A DNA stretch of 64,000 nucleotides from NCBI GenBank assembly GCA_964016885.1, contig OZ024743.1:173600001-173664000 (forward strand), written 5' to 3'. Below are positions 42,044-58,100 of the stretch, piece by piece. Under the pieces are notes generated by a model, which saw only the letters and a program-made list of their open reading frames with translations, was not told the origin of the DNA and searched no databases. Source of the DNA: Eledone cirrhosa (lineage: Eukaryota). Within the stretch, counting starts at the first letter, position 1; each line of letters opens with the position of its first letter. The translations under genes were made by a program, and so were the position numbers.

Positions 42044-42044
42044 G

Positions 42045-42278
<234 letters not shown>

Positions 42279-42279
42279 C

Positions 42280-42352
<73 letters not shown>

Positions 42353-42356
42353 ATAT

Positions 42357-42432
<76 letters not shown>

Positions 42433-42456
42433 ATATATATATATATATATATATAT

Positions 42457-42584
<128 letters not shown>

Positions 42585-42740
42585 ATATATATATATGGAT
42601 ATATATATATGGATATATATATATATATGGATATATATATATGGATATATATATATGGATATATATATATGGATATATATATATATATATGGATATATAT
42701 ATATGGATATATATATATATATGGATATATATATATATAT

Positions 42741-42778
<38 letters not shown>

Positions 42779-42808
42779 ATATATATATATATATAAATAT
42801 ATATATAT

Positions 42809-42842
<34 letters not shown>

Positions 42843-43317
42843 ACATATATATGGATATATATATATGGATATATATATATATGGATATATATATATATGG
42901 ATGTATATATATGGATATATATATATATGGATATATATATGGATATATATATATATGGATATATATATATATGGATATATATATATATGGATGTATATAT
43001 ATGGATATATATATATATGGATATATATATATATGGATATATGTATATATATGGATATATATATGGATATATATATGGATATATATATATATGGATATAT
43101 ATATATATGGATGTATATATATGGATATATATATATATGGATATATATATATATGGATATATGTATATATATGGATATATATCTATATATATATATGGAT
43201 ATATATCTATATATATATGGATATATATATGTATATGGATATATATATATATATATATGGATATATATATATGGATATATATATATATGGATATATGTAT
43301 ATATATATGGATATATG

Positions 43318-43357
<40 letters not shown>

Positions 43358-43361
43358 TGGA

Positions 43362-43392
<31 letters not shown>

Positions 43393-43428
43393 GGATATAT
43401 GGATATATATTTATATATATATATATGG

Positions 43429-43525
<97 letters not shown>

Positions 43526-43526
43526 A

Positions 43527-43593
<67 letters not shown>

Positions 43594-43605
43594 TATATAT
43601 ATGTA

Positions 43606-43667
<62 letters not shown>

Positions 43668-43683
43668 AATATATATATATGTA

Positions 43684-43740
<57 letters not shown>

Positions 43741-43808
43741 ATATATATATATATATGGATATATATATATATATGGATATATATATATATATGGATATAT
43801 ATATATAT

Positions 43809-43844
<36 letters not shown>

Positions 43845-43890
43845 ATATATATATATATATATATGGATATATATATATATATATATATAT

Positions 43891-44009
<119 letters not shown>

Positions 44010-44012
44010 TAT

Positions 44013-44050
<38 letters not shown>

Positions 44051-44346
44051 ATAAAAACAAATAACGAAACGAAATTAAATTTCGTTTCGTTTGTAACTCA
44101 CTTTTGTATGACTGATGCTTAAACAATTAAGTTAAAAATGTACATCTACATATGCATACTGAAATACTAGTATGCATATGAATACACACACGTATACATA
44201 TGTAGATGTAACAAGTCTTTCACTGGTTACTTTACTGTGAGTAACCCAGCTATTCTGTATGTAAACACACAGACAAACCGGTTTTTAGTGTCATACTGGT
44301 TTTCGAGGAAACACCTTTCCTCTATTCTCCAGAAAGCCAGACAAGG

Positions 44347-44391
44347 AATATTGAACTAGTTTCGTTGTTGTTACAACTCATCAGCAATATT
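44347..44391 (-). ncRNA. Minimal type I hammerhead ribozyme (family A)
   Basis: Reverse complement AATATTG-CTGATGA-GTTGT AACA ACAAC-GAAA-CTAG-TT-CAATATT. Confidence 0.85.
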
Positions 44392-44919
44392 TACCTATCT
44401 ACCGGCCTTTCTGGAGAATCGTAAAAGCACATATCGTTATATGCTTTTTCTATGAAAATTAGTAGTGGGCAGACTAATTTGCATAGAGTGTGAGTACGCA
44501 CCGGTTCAGCGGAGACGATAAAAACAAATAACGAAACGAAATTAAATTTCGTTTCGTTTGTAACTCACTTTTGTATGACTGACGCTTAAACAATTAAGTT
44601 AAAAATGTACATCTATATATGCATACTGAAATACTAGTATGCATATGGATACACACACGTATACATATGTAGATGTAACAAGTCTTTCACTGGTTACTTT
44701 ACTGTGAGTAACCCAGCTATTCTGTATGTAAACACACAGACAAACCGTTACAAACGAAACGAAATTTAATTTCGTTTCGTTATTTGTTTTTATCGTCTCC
44801 GCTGAACCGGTGCGTACTCACACTCTATGCAAATTAGTCTGCCCACTACTAATTTTCATAGAAAAAGCATATAACGATATGTGCTTTTACGATTCTCCAG
44901 AAAGACCGGTAGATAGGTA

Positions 44920-44964
44920 AATATTGCTGATGAGTTGTAACAACAACGAAACTAGTTCAATATT
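44920..44964 (+). ncRNA. Minimal type I hammerhead ribozyme (family A)
   Basis: 7-bp stem I, CUGAUGA, 5-bp stem II, GAAA, palindromic ACTAGT stem III, GUU triplet. Confidence 0.85.
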
Positions 44965-45386
44965 CCTTGTCTGGCTTTCTGAAGAATAGAGGAAAGGTGT
45001 TTCCTCGAAAACCAGTATGACTCTAAAAACTGGTTTGTCTGTGTGTTTACATACAGAATAGCTGGGTTACTCACAGTAAAGTAACCAGTGAAAGACTTGT
45101 TACATCTACATATGTATACGTGTGTGTATTCATATGCATACTAGTATTTCAGTATGCATATGTAGATGTACATTTTTAACTTAATTGTTTAAGCGTCAGT
45201 CATACAAAAGTGAGTTACAAACGAAACGAAATTTAATTTCGTTTCGTTATTTGTTTTTATCGTCTCCGCTGAACCGGTGCGTACTCACACTCCATGCAAA
45301 TTAGTCTGCCCACTACTAATTTTCATAGAAAAAGCATATAACGATATGTGCTTTTACGATTCTCCAGAAAGGCCGGTAGATAGGTA

Positions 45387-45431
45387 AATATTGCTGATGA
45401 GTTGTAACAACAACGAAACTAGTTCAATATT
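45387..45431 (+). ncRNA. Minimal type I hammerhead ribozyme (family A)
   Basis: Same motif 467 bp downstream. Confidence 0.85.
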
Positions 45432-45685
45432 CCTTGTCTGGCTTTCTGGAGAATAGAGGAAAGGTGTTTCCTCGAAAACCAGTATGACTCTAAAAACCGG
45501 TTTGTCTGTGTGTTTACATACAGAATAGCTGGGTTACTCACAGTAAAGTAACCAGTGAAAGTCTTGTTACATCTACATATGTATACGTGTGTGTATTCAT
45601 ATGCATACTAGTATTTCAGTATGCATATGTAGATGTACATTTTTAACTTAATTGTATATATGGATATATATATATATATATATAT

Positions 45686-45903
<218 letters not shown>

Positions 45904-45995
45904 ATATATATATATATATATATATGGATATATGTATATATATATATATATATATATGGATATGTATATATATATATATATATAAATATATATAT

Positions 45996-46083
<88 letters not shown>

Positions 46084-46090
46084 ATATGTA

Positions 46091-46155
<65 letters not shown>

Positions 46156-46157
46156 GG

Positions 46158-46191
<34 letters not shown>

Positions 46192-46231
46192 GGACATATA
46201 TATATATATGGAGATATATATATATATATAT

Positions 46232-46337
<106 letters not shown>

Positions 46338-46361
46338 ATATATATATATATATATATATAT

Positions 46362-46453
<92 letters not shown>

Positions 46454-46473
46454 ATATATATATATATATATAT

Positions 46474-47398
<925 letters not shown>

Positions 47399-47443
47399 TA
47401 TATGGATATATGTATATGGATATATGTATATATATATATATAT

Positions 47444-47598
<155 letters not shown>

Positions 47599-47599
47599 G

Positions 47600-47637
<38 letters not shown>

Positions 47638-47639
47638 GG

Positions 47640-47685
<46 letters not shown>

Positions 47686-47750
47686 ATATATATATATGTA
47701 TATATATATATATGTATATATATGTATATATATATATATGTATATATATG

Positions 47751-47851
<101 letters not shown>

Positions 47852-47904
47852 GTATATGTATATATATGTATATGTATATATATGTATATATATATATATG
47901 TATA

Positions 47905-47951
<47 letters not shown>

Positions 47952-47982
47952 GTATATATATGTATATATATATATATGTATA

Positions 47983-48054
<72 letters not shown>

Positions 48055-48108
48055 TAAACAAATAATGAATAAAACAATGAAACAGTTCCTTATATTAAAC
48101 AAAAAAAG

Positions 48109-48263
48109 TTCATTATTTAACGATCGTTTCTAGGATATATATGTGTTAGAATTGGCATGCATATTCAACAGATCTATGTACAAAATTATACAAAATTATA
48201 CAAACTATCAAGATTAAATATACATACCAAACACACATATACGCCGTCTTCAGAAATAATGAA
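48109..48263 (-). ncRNA. Type I hammerhead ribozyme with ~116-nt stem II (family C)
   Basis: 10-bp stem I TTCATTATTT/AAATAATGAA, CUGAAGA, GAAA, palindromic ACGATCGT stem III, GUU triplet. Confidence 0.75.
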
Positions 48264-48774
48264 ATATATTTATTGATAATAACAACAATTCAAAATTTCA
48301 GGTCCGTTTGGGAACAAAATTGACCAATGAAAATACAAAAGGTTTTATGCAGTTTGGTGTGTGTATATACATGTAACTACCCCGTACGCATATTTATACA
48401 AAGATGTATGCTCAACATGCATACGCATGCCAAAAAGATGCATGCAAATACAAAATTTCAAGGTTAATGTCTCTGTAAGTTTATAATGCACAGATAAGAT
48501 GCGTATAGACACATGCCTTATTTTTTGTATTTCCTAACACTGAAACTATGTAAAAACATATATTGGGATCCAGATACAGATAATATTCTATGTTTCTTGA
48601 AACATATATTTACTATAATCCCCTTCTCCAACCCCCCCCCTTTCCCCCATACTATTATCATCTGTGTTTGTAAGCTTGTATGTATGAATATATATGTAGG
48701 TAGGTGTATATATGTTTGGGTATTTATATCTGAATATAAAAATACATATATGCGCATGCAAATAAGAATGTAAG

Positions 48775-49097
48775 ATTGTGTGTATATATATGTGTGTATG
48801 TATATATATATGTGTATATATGCATGTGTATATATATGTGTATATATGTATATATATATATATGTGTATATGTGTATACGTGTGTGGGCGTGTATGTGTG
48901 TGTGTATATATATATATATATGTGTGTGTATGTATGTGTATATATATATGTGTATATGTATGTATGTCTCTCTATATATATGTCTATCTTCGTATCTATG
49001 TGGGTATATGTGTGTATGTACATGTATGCACATGTATATGTTTATGTGTATATGTGTGTATGTGTATATATGTACGTGTGCGCACATATATATGTGA

Positions 49098-49133
<36 letters not shown>

Positions 49134-49166
49134 GTATATCTATGTGTGTATATATGTCTATATTCG

Positions 49167-49207
<41 letters not shown>

Positions 49208-50276
49208 TATTATTATAATATAACTTATGTGTATGTGTGTATATGTGAGGGTGTGTATATGTATATATATGTATATATATGTGTAAAAATATATATGTGT
49301 ATGTGTGTTTTTTGTGTGTGTGTATATATATGTATGTATGTATGTGTGTGTTTGTATGTGTGTTTATGGTTGTATGTGTGTGTGGGTGTATATATATAAA
49401 TGTATGTGTATATATATATATATATGTGTATATGTATCTCTATTAATGTGTGTATATATGTATATGTATATACCTTTTTCTTTGTATGTCTGAGTTGTGT
49501 GAGAGTGTAGTGGTGTTTGTATGTATATACGCATATATGGATGCGTATGTATTTGTATATATGAGTATATGTAAGTGCGTATATATGTATGAATATATAT
49601 CTATGTCTATGTATGAGTATATATGTGTGTGTATGTATGTTGTGTGTGTATGTGTGTATGTGTCTATGTGTGTATATATATATATATATATATGTGTGTA
49701 TATGTATGTATGTGTATGTATGTACATATATGTCTATGTATATGTGTATGTATATATATATATATATATATCTTTATTTTATATATATGTGGGTGTGTGT
49801 ATGTGTGTGTGTGTATATATATCTTTATATATGTGTATGTGTATGTTCGTGTAGGTGTATGTGTGTGTATGACTATATATGTATGTGTGTATGTGTGTAT
49901 GTATGTATATGTATGTGTGTGTACATGTATGTATGTGTATGTATATATATGTGTGTATATGTGTATGTATATATTTATATATATATGTGTATATATATAT
50001 ATATATGTATATGTATCTCTATTTGTATGTGTATATGTGTATAGGTATATACCTTTTTCTTTGTATGTCTGAGTTGTGTGAGAGTGTAGTGGTGTTTGTA
50101 TGTATATACCGATATATGGATGCGTAAGTATTTGTGTGTATGTATGTATGTATGTCTGTATGTATTTGTGTGTATATATAGGTATGTATGTGTATATCTG
50201 TATGTATGTGTATGTATATGTGCGTGTATGTGTATATATATGTGTGTCTATATATGTATGTGTGATTATATGTGTA

Positions 50277-50309
<33 letters not shown>

Positions 50310-50397
50310 TTATATGTATGTGTGTATATGTGTGTATGTGTGTATATGTATATGTTTATATATGTGTGTGTATGTGTGTTCTAAGTGTAGATGTGTG

Positions 50398-50458
<61 letters not shown>

Positions 50459-50480
50459 GTATATGTGTATATATATATAT
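48775..50480 (+). repeat. (TG/TA)n low-complexity tract with an internal ~80-bp duplication (49468-49548 and 50046-50126)
   Basis: TATACCTTTTTCTTTGTATGTCTGAGTTGTGTGAGAGTGTAGTGG occurs twice. Confidence 0.85.
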
Positions 50481-51285
50481 ATTTTCTTGATATATTTCTT
50501 TTTTCTTTTTTCTTTTTCTTTTCTTTCCTTTTTAATTTTTATTTTTTATTTCTCAGTTTATAGATACATCTATAAATAAGCAGTCTGCCCAAACCGTTGA
50601 ATACTGACCTCTCCCCCCCTCCCACCTAATTTCTGTATCTTGATCTAAATGTGTGTGGCAGTGTTTATGTGAGTGAATTAGTATCCATGTGCTTATGATA
50701 ATATTATATCCACATATATATATGTGTGTGGGGGTGTGTGTGTGTATGTATGTTCGTAATTATGTGTATGTTTATGCATATACGCGCGCGTGTGTGTGAG
50801 TGTACGGATATGTGTGAGTATGAGAATATGTGTATACACTTATTTCATATTTATATATATATTCATACATACAAGCTTACAAACACAGATGATAATAGTA
50901 TGGGGGAAAGGGGGGGGTTGGAGAAGGGGATTATAGTAAATATATGTTTCAAGAAACATAGAATATTATCTGTATCTGGATCCCAATATATGTTTTTACA
51001 TAGTTTCAGTGTTAGGAAATACAAAAAATAAGGCATGTGTCTATACGCATCTTATCTGTGCATTATAAACTTACAGAGACATTAACCTTGAAATTTTGTA
51101 TTTGCATGCATCTTTTTGGCATGCGTATGCATGTTGAGCATACATCTTTGTATAAATATGTGTACGGGTTAGTTACATGTATATACACACACCAAACTGC
51201 ATAAAACCTTTTGTATTTTCATTGGTCAATTTTGTTCCCAAACGGACCTGAAATTTTGAATTGTTGTTATTATCAATAAATATAT

Positions 51286-51440
51286 TTCATTATTTCTGAA
51301 GGCGGCGTATATGTGTGTTTGGTATGTATATTTAATCTTGATAGTTTGTATAATTTTATATAATTTTGTACATAGATCTGTTGAATATGCATGCCAATTC
51401 TAACACATATATATCCTAGAAACGATCGTTAAATAATGAA
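51286..51440 (+). ncRNA. Family C hammerhead with mutated core (CUGAAGG)
   Basis: Same architecture as 48109-48263 with an A>G change in the core. Confidence 0.6.
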
Positions 51441-51635
51441 CTTTTTTTGTTTAATATAAGGAACTGTTTCATTGTTTTATTCATTATTTGTTTAATATTT
51501 TATCTTGACTCTGTATACCGTTTATCTTTCACCGAAAGTGATTTTTCATTACATCTCTTCTTTCCATGATATCCGGAATACATTGAGTTCTTCATACGGA
51601 TTGGACACTACCGTAACCTCTTGGTAGATTTATCT

Positions 51636-51667
<32 letters not shown>

Positions 51668-51874
51668 GGATATATATATATATATATATATGATTATATA
51701 TATATATTTATTAAAATAACAGATTAAAGTTTAATCAAAGAATCGCTGCTTTCACCCTTAACGGGATCTTCTGAAACTAACAAAGTCAATCTGTAAACGC
51801 AGAACTGGATATTTCAAAAAACGTTGCAACCGGAGGAAGACAGGAAGACGATACTTTGGTTCATGGTGACGTTC

Positions 51875-52122
51875 GCTGGCAAAGAACGGGAAAAACGAAT
51901 AATACGTCATTAATAGGAGCGGTGAAAAACAATTACGTGCAAGGACAGAACCACGTTTATGGTATAAAAGAGGTCGTAGACTAATGTTCTCTAAGTGGTG
52001 CATAGAGACGTTCTCTGGCAATGAACGAAAAAACGAAGATAATAAGTCATATGTGGAGCGTGGAGAACAATAGCGTGCAAAGACAAAACCACGTAAATGG
52101 TATAGCAAAAGTCGTAGACTAA
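51875..52122. repeat. Diverged ~140-bp tandem duplication in the PLE 3' region
   Basis: CTGGCAA.GAACG..AAAAACGAA ... AACCACGT...TGGTATA...GTCGTAGACTAA occurs twice. Confidence 0.75.
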
Positions 52123-52683
52123 AATGAATCTCCGCTACAGAGTTAAGAACAAAGTAAATAAATACAATACAGAAGTAATAGGAACAAATAAATGCATACA
52201 CGCAAACAGACACGTACATACACAAGCATACGCAAAACCTTACCATAGGTATACAAAACCACGCACATATAAATATGTGTATGTGTGTATGCTTGTGTAC
52301 AAATAAATAAATAATTATATAAACGTATATAAGTAAATAAATACGTATATAACAAGCGCACACACATACCTACAAATAAATACATGAAGGTTCGGAGACG
52401 TAAGTCAACTAAAACAAGAAGTACACATATACACACACCCACCATACGTACGAACCTGCATACTCACACAGACGCAAAACACCCATATACACATAACCAA
52501 GCCCTAAATACCAGAATATGTAAAAATTATACGCCAAAACAGTCAAATATACGTACGAGAAGGTATACATACCTTCACAAAACATACGGGTAATATATAC
52601 TTACCTATGCAAAAAGTAAAGGAATAAACAGAACATATACTTAGCTCCCACATCAAGACGTAAATATCCACGTATAGATCGTG

Positions 52684-53862
52684 CTATCCGTTAGGGTATA
52701 ACGTGGGGCTGTAATACAGGAAAGTTTTGTGCAATTTATGTTTACAAGCCGAAATTGCCTCAGATTTTTTGTTTAAGATGTGGTCTGTGGCGTAGAGTAT
52801 TTCCAGGGCCTCAGCGGCGCAGAGGTCACATGGTCTTTTATTTCCGTTATACGATCTAGCCCTAGCTAGGATCTCCCAGTGTAACTTATATTGGGTGTGG
52901 TTGTCTTTTAGACTCCAGATATAAGCTGAAAGTGACGTCATATTCCTTCTTAGAGGGTAACGAAAAGAATGGGTATGCATGTAAAAACGCTGCTTGAAAC
53001 TATTGGCGGTTAACCCTATGTAGGCCCTACGGGACGTGGGTGTTACAACCTTACATTTGTAGACAATGTTACTAGAGAGGCATTTCCCGGATAGGGGACA
53101 ATCAGCCCGATTCCTACAATTACAGTTAGTACTAACTACAGGGTTGCACGTGTTCCTACGGCTAGGTATTTTAGCTAAATTTGAAGCTGTGATGTTATGT
53201 GCAAGGTTAGGAGTCGTTGAGTAAGAAATTTTAATAGTATTTCTATTAAAAATTTTACTATATTTATGTGTAGGGGGAAAATGCTTCGTAATAAGGGAAA
53301 GAAAGATCTTAGCTAATGTTCTGGCCACCTCCATATTATAAGGTGGGTTAAACCAACAAATGCGACGGGATCTATTTCTTCTAGGTCTATTCTCGTACTC
53401 AGTATATGCTACCTTATCGACAAATCCACTTCGAGCAAGAGCTTCATTGTAATAAGTGGAATGGTCGTTGAAAATACGCTCGTTGGTGGAAAGATGGGAA
53501 AGCCTCAACGAAACGTTTTTTACCAGGTTCTTGGTTATGCTGGCAGGATGGTTGGAATGCTTACTTATGTAATTAAGCGTATCATTCGGCTTTCTATACG
53601 GGTAATGCAACCCATTCAATAAATTGAGGGTAACGTCGAGGTAATTAACGACCGAGAGATTGGCCTCAACCTGTATAGAGAGGTTGAAGCCTTTAAAGAA
53701 GGCTGTGAGTTCTTTTCTGAATCTGTCGCAAGCACGAGGTCCGCACTTAGTCAGGGTCAAAAGGCCATCGTCACGGTACAAACCACCGACCGCGTTGGGG
53801 AATTCGTCCTTGATAGAGAAAAGAAGGAAAAGGCCAATAAGATCAGTAACCTCCGCAGAGTC
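52684..53862 (-). CDS. Penelope-like RT (C-terminal part) + GIY-YIG endonuclease, 5'-truncated
   Basis: [69 protein letters not shown]; the frame continues upstream of the track start at 53781. Confidence 0.88.
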   Translation of the reverse strand, partial: DSAEVTDLIGLFLLFSIKDEFPNAVGGLYRDDGLLTLTKCGPRACDRFRKELTAFFKGFNLSIQVEANLSVVNYLDVTLNLLNGLHYPYRKPNDTLNYISKHSNHPASITKNLVKNVSLRLSHLSTNERIFNDHSTYYNEALARSGFVDKVAYTEYENRPRRNRSRRICWFNPPYNMEVARTLAKIFLSLITKHFPPTHKYSKIFNRNTIKISYSTTPNLAHNITASNLAKIPSRRNTCNPVVSTNCNCRNRADCPLSGKCLSSNIVYKCKVVTPTSRRAYIGLTANSFKQRFYMHTHSFRYPLRRNMTSLSAYIWSLKDNHTQYKLHWEILARARSYNGNKRPCDLCAAEALEILYATDHILNKKSEAISACKHKLHKTFLYYSPTLYPNG

Positions 53863-53921
53863 ACCATATATATGGATATGTATATATATATATATATGGA
53901 TATATATATATATATATATAT

Positions 53922-53965
<44 letters not shown>

Positions 53966-54085
53966 ATATATATATATATGGATATATGTATATATATATA
54001 TGGATATATATGGATATATATATATATATATATATGGATATATATATATATATGGATATATATGGATATATATATATATATATGG

Positions 54086-54117
<32 letters not shown>

Positions 54118-54153
54118 ATATATATATATGGATATATATGGATATATATATAT

Positions 54154-54189
<36 letters not shown>

Positions 54190-54505
54190 ATATATATGGA
54201 TATATATATATATATATGGATATATATGAATATATATATATACATATATGGATATATATGGATATATATATATATATATGGATATATATGAATATATATA
54301 TATATATATATATGGATATATATATATATATGGATATATATATATATATATGGATATATATATATATATATGGATATATATATATATTTGGATATATAGA
54401 TATAGATATATATATATATATATATGGATATATATATATATATGGATATATATATATATTTGGATATATAGATATATATATATGGATATATATATATATA
54501 TATAT

Positions 54506-54657
<152 letters not shown>

Positions 54658-55139
54658 ATATATATATATATATATATATATATATGGATATATATATATA
54701 TATATATATATATATCATCATCATCATCATCATCATCAACGTTTAACGTCCGTGTTCCACGCTTGCATGGGTTTGAACGGGGGTAGTCCCACTTGAGGCA
54801 AGAGTGATTGTCTTGCTCGCATAGGACTGTCTGGCAGGTTTTCTACAGTTGGATGCCCTTCCTAACACCAACCACATTTACAGTGTGAGTCTGGGAGGTT
54901 TTTACCGTGTTGCCTACACGGCCACATTACAGCGTGGACTGTGTGTTTTTTTGTCGTGACACCTACACGATCTCATTTGTTTCGGCCTGGATGGCGCGGC
55001 ACCAACATAACTTTACATAGAACGGGGTGGTGTGGATGGGGTGGGGGGGGGGGGGGGGGGTGGCGGGACGGGGTGTATTTTGTTAGAGATGCCTACTGGC
55101 AAGGCGGGTCTTCTCTGTTACTGAGTACCGCCAAAGGTC

Positions 55140-58100
55140 TCAGTCCAGTGACATTGTCTTGGAGAGGTGTAAGTGTGTGTGGTCGGAGTTTATCAGCTCG
55201 TCCCAGGTTTTTCTAGGTCTGCCTATTCCGTGGCTACCGTCTATCTTTATTGCCCTGCACTTTGTTATACAGCTATCGACTTTCATGCGCATCACGTGTC
55301 CATACCAACGTAGCCTTCTCTCTAGTAAACAACATCTGATCCCTCTTATCTCTAATTTTTTCCTTAGTTCGTTTATGCTTTGCCGTTCACGTATATTACT
55401 GTTACACATCCAGCGGAGCATGCAAGCTTCGTTCCTCTCTAGTCTGCGTATATCCTCTGCACACAGTGCCCAGGTCTCACTGCCATGCAACATTGCTGTT
55501 CGTATGCAGGCATCGTACAACCTGCCTTTCATTTTTAGGGAGAACTCTTTAGCAGCTAATAGTGGTATAAGCTCTCTGAACTTTTTCCAACCAGTTCTGA
55601 CTCTAGCTACTGTACTTTCAGAGCACCCTCCCCCACTGCTGATTTTATCGCCCAGGTAACGGAAGCTGTCCACTATTTCTATAGAACCCTCTGCGCAATT
55701 GAAAGAGCTAGTATTTTGTGGGCACTTGCTGCTACTTATTGCACCAGAACACCGGCCACATGTAAAATCTTTGTTCTTAGTTAGCTTACCACTACATCTT
55801 TTATGCACCCATACTTTGCATTTAGGACATAAAATGGAGTTTCTACCTACGCCTTTCCTACACACCGAGCACGGCCATTTCCCAGAAGGGACCACCGCCT
55901 TGTTTTCTTTCCTACAAACTAGAACTTTAGTCTTAGCCAGGTTAATTTTAAGTCCTTTTGACTCTAGGCCGTGCTTCCATGTTTGGAATTTCTTCTCTAG
56001 CTTGGCCATTGATTCCGCTATGAGTGTCAGGTCGTCTGCGTATAGGAGTTCCCATGGGCAGCCGGTCTTGAACTCCTCTGTTATAGCCTGAAGGGCAATA
56101 ATAAATAGTAGGGGGCTGAGAACAGAGCCCTGATGGACGCCAACTTTTACGCTAAACTCTTCACTATATTCGTTGTTAATTCTAACCTTGCTGACTGTTT
56201 CTTTATACATGGCTTGTATAGCCCTCACAAGCCATTCGTCAACGCCTAGTTTTCTAAGAGCCCACCAGATAATGGAGCGGGGGACTCTGTCGAAGGCTTT
56301 CTCCAAGTCGACAAAAGCTAAGTAGAGAGGTTTACCTTTAGCTAGGTACTTCTCCTGTAGTTGTCGTACTATGAAAAGAGCGTCTGTGGTACTTTTGCCT
56401 GACACAAACCCGAACTGCATTTCATCTAGGTCAATTCTCTCTCTGATTAGTTGCGCTATTACTTTTTCCGTGACCTTCATGACCTGGTCAATTAATTTAA
56501 TGCCTCTATAGTTACTCCTATCTAGGGCGTCTCCTTTACCCTTATAACAGTTAACGATGCTGCTGCTATGCCAGTCCTTCGGAACAACCCCATTCTGTAC
56601 GACTTGGTTAACTATGCGGGTGACCATGGTGTGTCCCACCGTGCCAGATGCCTTCAGCATCTCAGCAACTATTTCCGAAGGCCCAGCCGCCTTACCCGTC
56701 TTCATATCCTTGATTGCCTTACTTATTATACTCCCCTCGACTAACACTGCTGGTCCCTCTATTGGGTCGATATGGGGGAGACTGTCTTTCTCCCATTTAT
56801 TCTCCTCATTTAGTAGCCTTTCATAGTGACACTTCCAAGCTACCTTCTTATCAGCGTCGGTGATGGCAAGTATGCCATCATCGTTAAGTACACACTTCTC
56901 CCCGACAATATCACGGTTTTCCTTGATGCATTGCCTAGCAATCCTGAACACCTCACGTTTTTGGTCATCGCGTTGTAGAACATGCTTGAACTTTCTTTCC
57001 TCAGCTTCCCTTCTTGCTAAGTACACTTGTCTCCTAGCTTCCCTCCTGGCCACTTGATAGTCTTCTCTACTTCCCCCATCCCGCCATACTTTCCAATCCT
57101 GCTTTTTGGCCTTAATTGACCCCTCCACCTTACTGTTCCACCACCATGTTACTCTCCTCCTGCCTACAGGCCTGCTCCAGCCACAGACTTCGTCTGTCGC
57201 CAACAGCAGGTTTGCTTTCAGAAATTCCCACTGTCCCTCTATATTGTCCGACTCTAAATGTTCTTCCTTACTGTCGAAAGCATTAAGTAATATGCTTTGA
57301 AATTTATTTCTGGCTGTGGGGTCCTTTAGCTTCCATATTTTTCTCCTGAGGATAGTCCTCTTCTGCTGTCGAGTACGTCTCGTCCTGACTATGAGGTCGC
57401 TAATTATCAGTCTATGTTGGGAGGTGCATTCTTCATGGGGGAGGGATTTAGTGTTTACAACAGACACTCTGTCACGTCTTCTGGTAAGGATATAATCTAC
57501 CTGGCTTGTGTGTTCCCCGGATCTATAGGTGATCAGGTGATTGTCACGTTTTTTGAAGTTAGTGTTACAGATAGTTAGGTTATTTGCATCACAGAATTCC
57601 AGGATTCTGGAGCCTTCCTCATTTCTAGTACCAAACCCATAGCCTCCATGGATTTCGTCGTAGCCGTCACAATGTTGTCCAACGTGACCATTTAGGTCGC
57701 CTGCAATAATTATATAGTCACTGTCGGATATTTGGGAGGTAGTTAGCATCAGTGTCTCATAGAATCTGTCTTTTATAGTGCCGGGCAGTCCGGATTGGGG
57801 TGCGTACGCAGATATTACTGTCACCGTAGTTCTATTGAGGACAAGTCGTATTTTAATTATTCTGTCGTTCACTCTATTTACGTCTATTATCTTATCTGCC
57901 CACTTTTCTGCTACCATGATTCCTACTCCACCCAGCCCATCGTCGTTTCCCACCCAGAAAAGCTTATAACATCGTTTTTTACCCTCAATGAATCTAGCAG
58001 ACCCACCCCTCCACCTGGTCTCTTGAATACAACAAACATCGACCTCCTTACGTTCAAGCATTTCTACAACCTCGTTAGCGCGACCCTTTAGGGTGCCTAC

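Larger units (their letters stand above)
44051..45655. mobile_element. Family A: 467-bp hammerhead-containing unit, ~1.5 tandem copies (minus) joined head-to-head to ~1.9 tandem copies (plus)
   Basis: ATAAAAACAAATAACG at 44051 and 44518; GTTACAAACGAAAC at 44747 and 45214; inversion junction ~44747. Confidence 0.85.
48046..51640. mobile_element. Family C: fold-back element with ~650-bp inverted arms (48046-48695 / 50854-51503), TG/TA-rich spacer, right arm extending to a 3' end at ~51640
   Basis: Arms are near-perfect reverse complements and each carries a hammerhead motif. Confidence 0.8.
51705..53865 (-). mobile_element. 5'-truncated Penelope-like retroelement with ~1-kb 3' non-coding/pLTR region
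   Basis: RT end plus C-terminal GIY-YIG; (TA)n on both flanks. Confidence 0.85.

Noticed and set aside
48046-51503. DNA transposon with long TIRs
   Set aside because: No transposase; homology continues beyond one arm, and a second copy at 59020-59270 has a different inversion junction, which fits a retroelement fold-back
51715-51795. Possible hammerhead in the PLE 3' region (minus strand: CAGAAGA-TCCCGTTAAGGGT-GAAA)
   Set aside because: The core is CAGA rather than CUGA, and stems I and III could not be paired convincingly; at best degenerate
51758-52593. ORFs of 60-201 aa in the PLE 3' region
   Set aside because: Low-complexity TG/CA-derived translations without domain motifs
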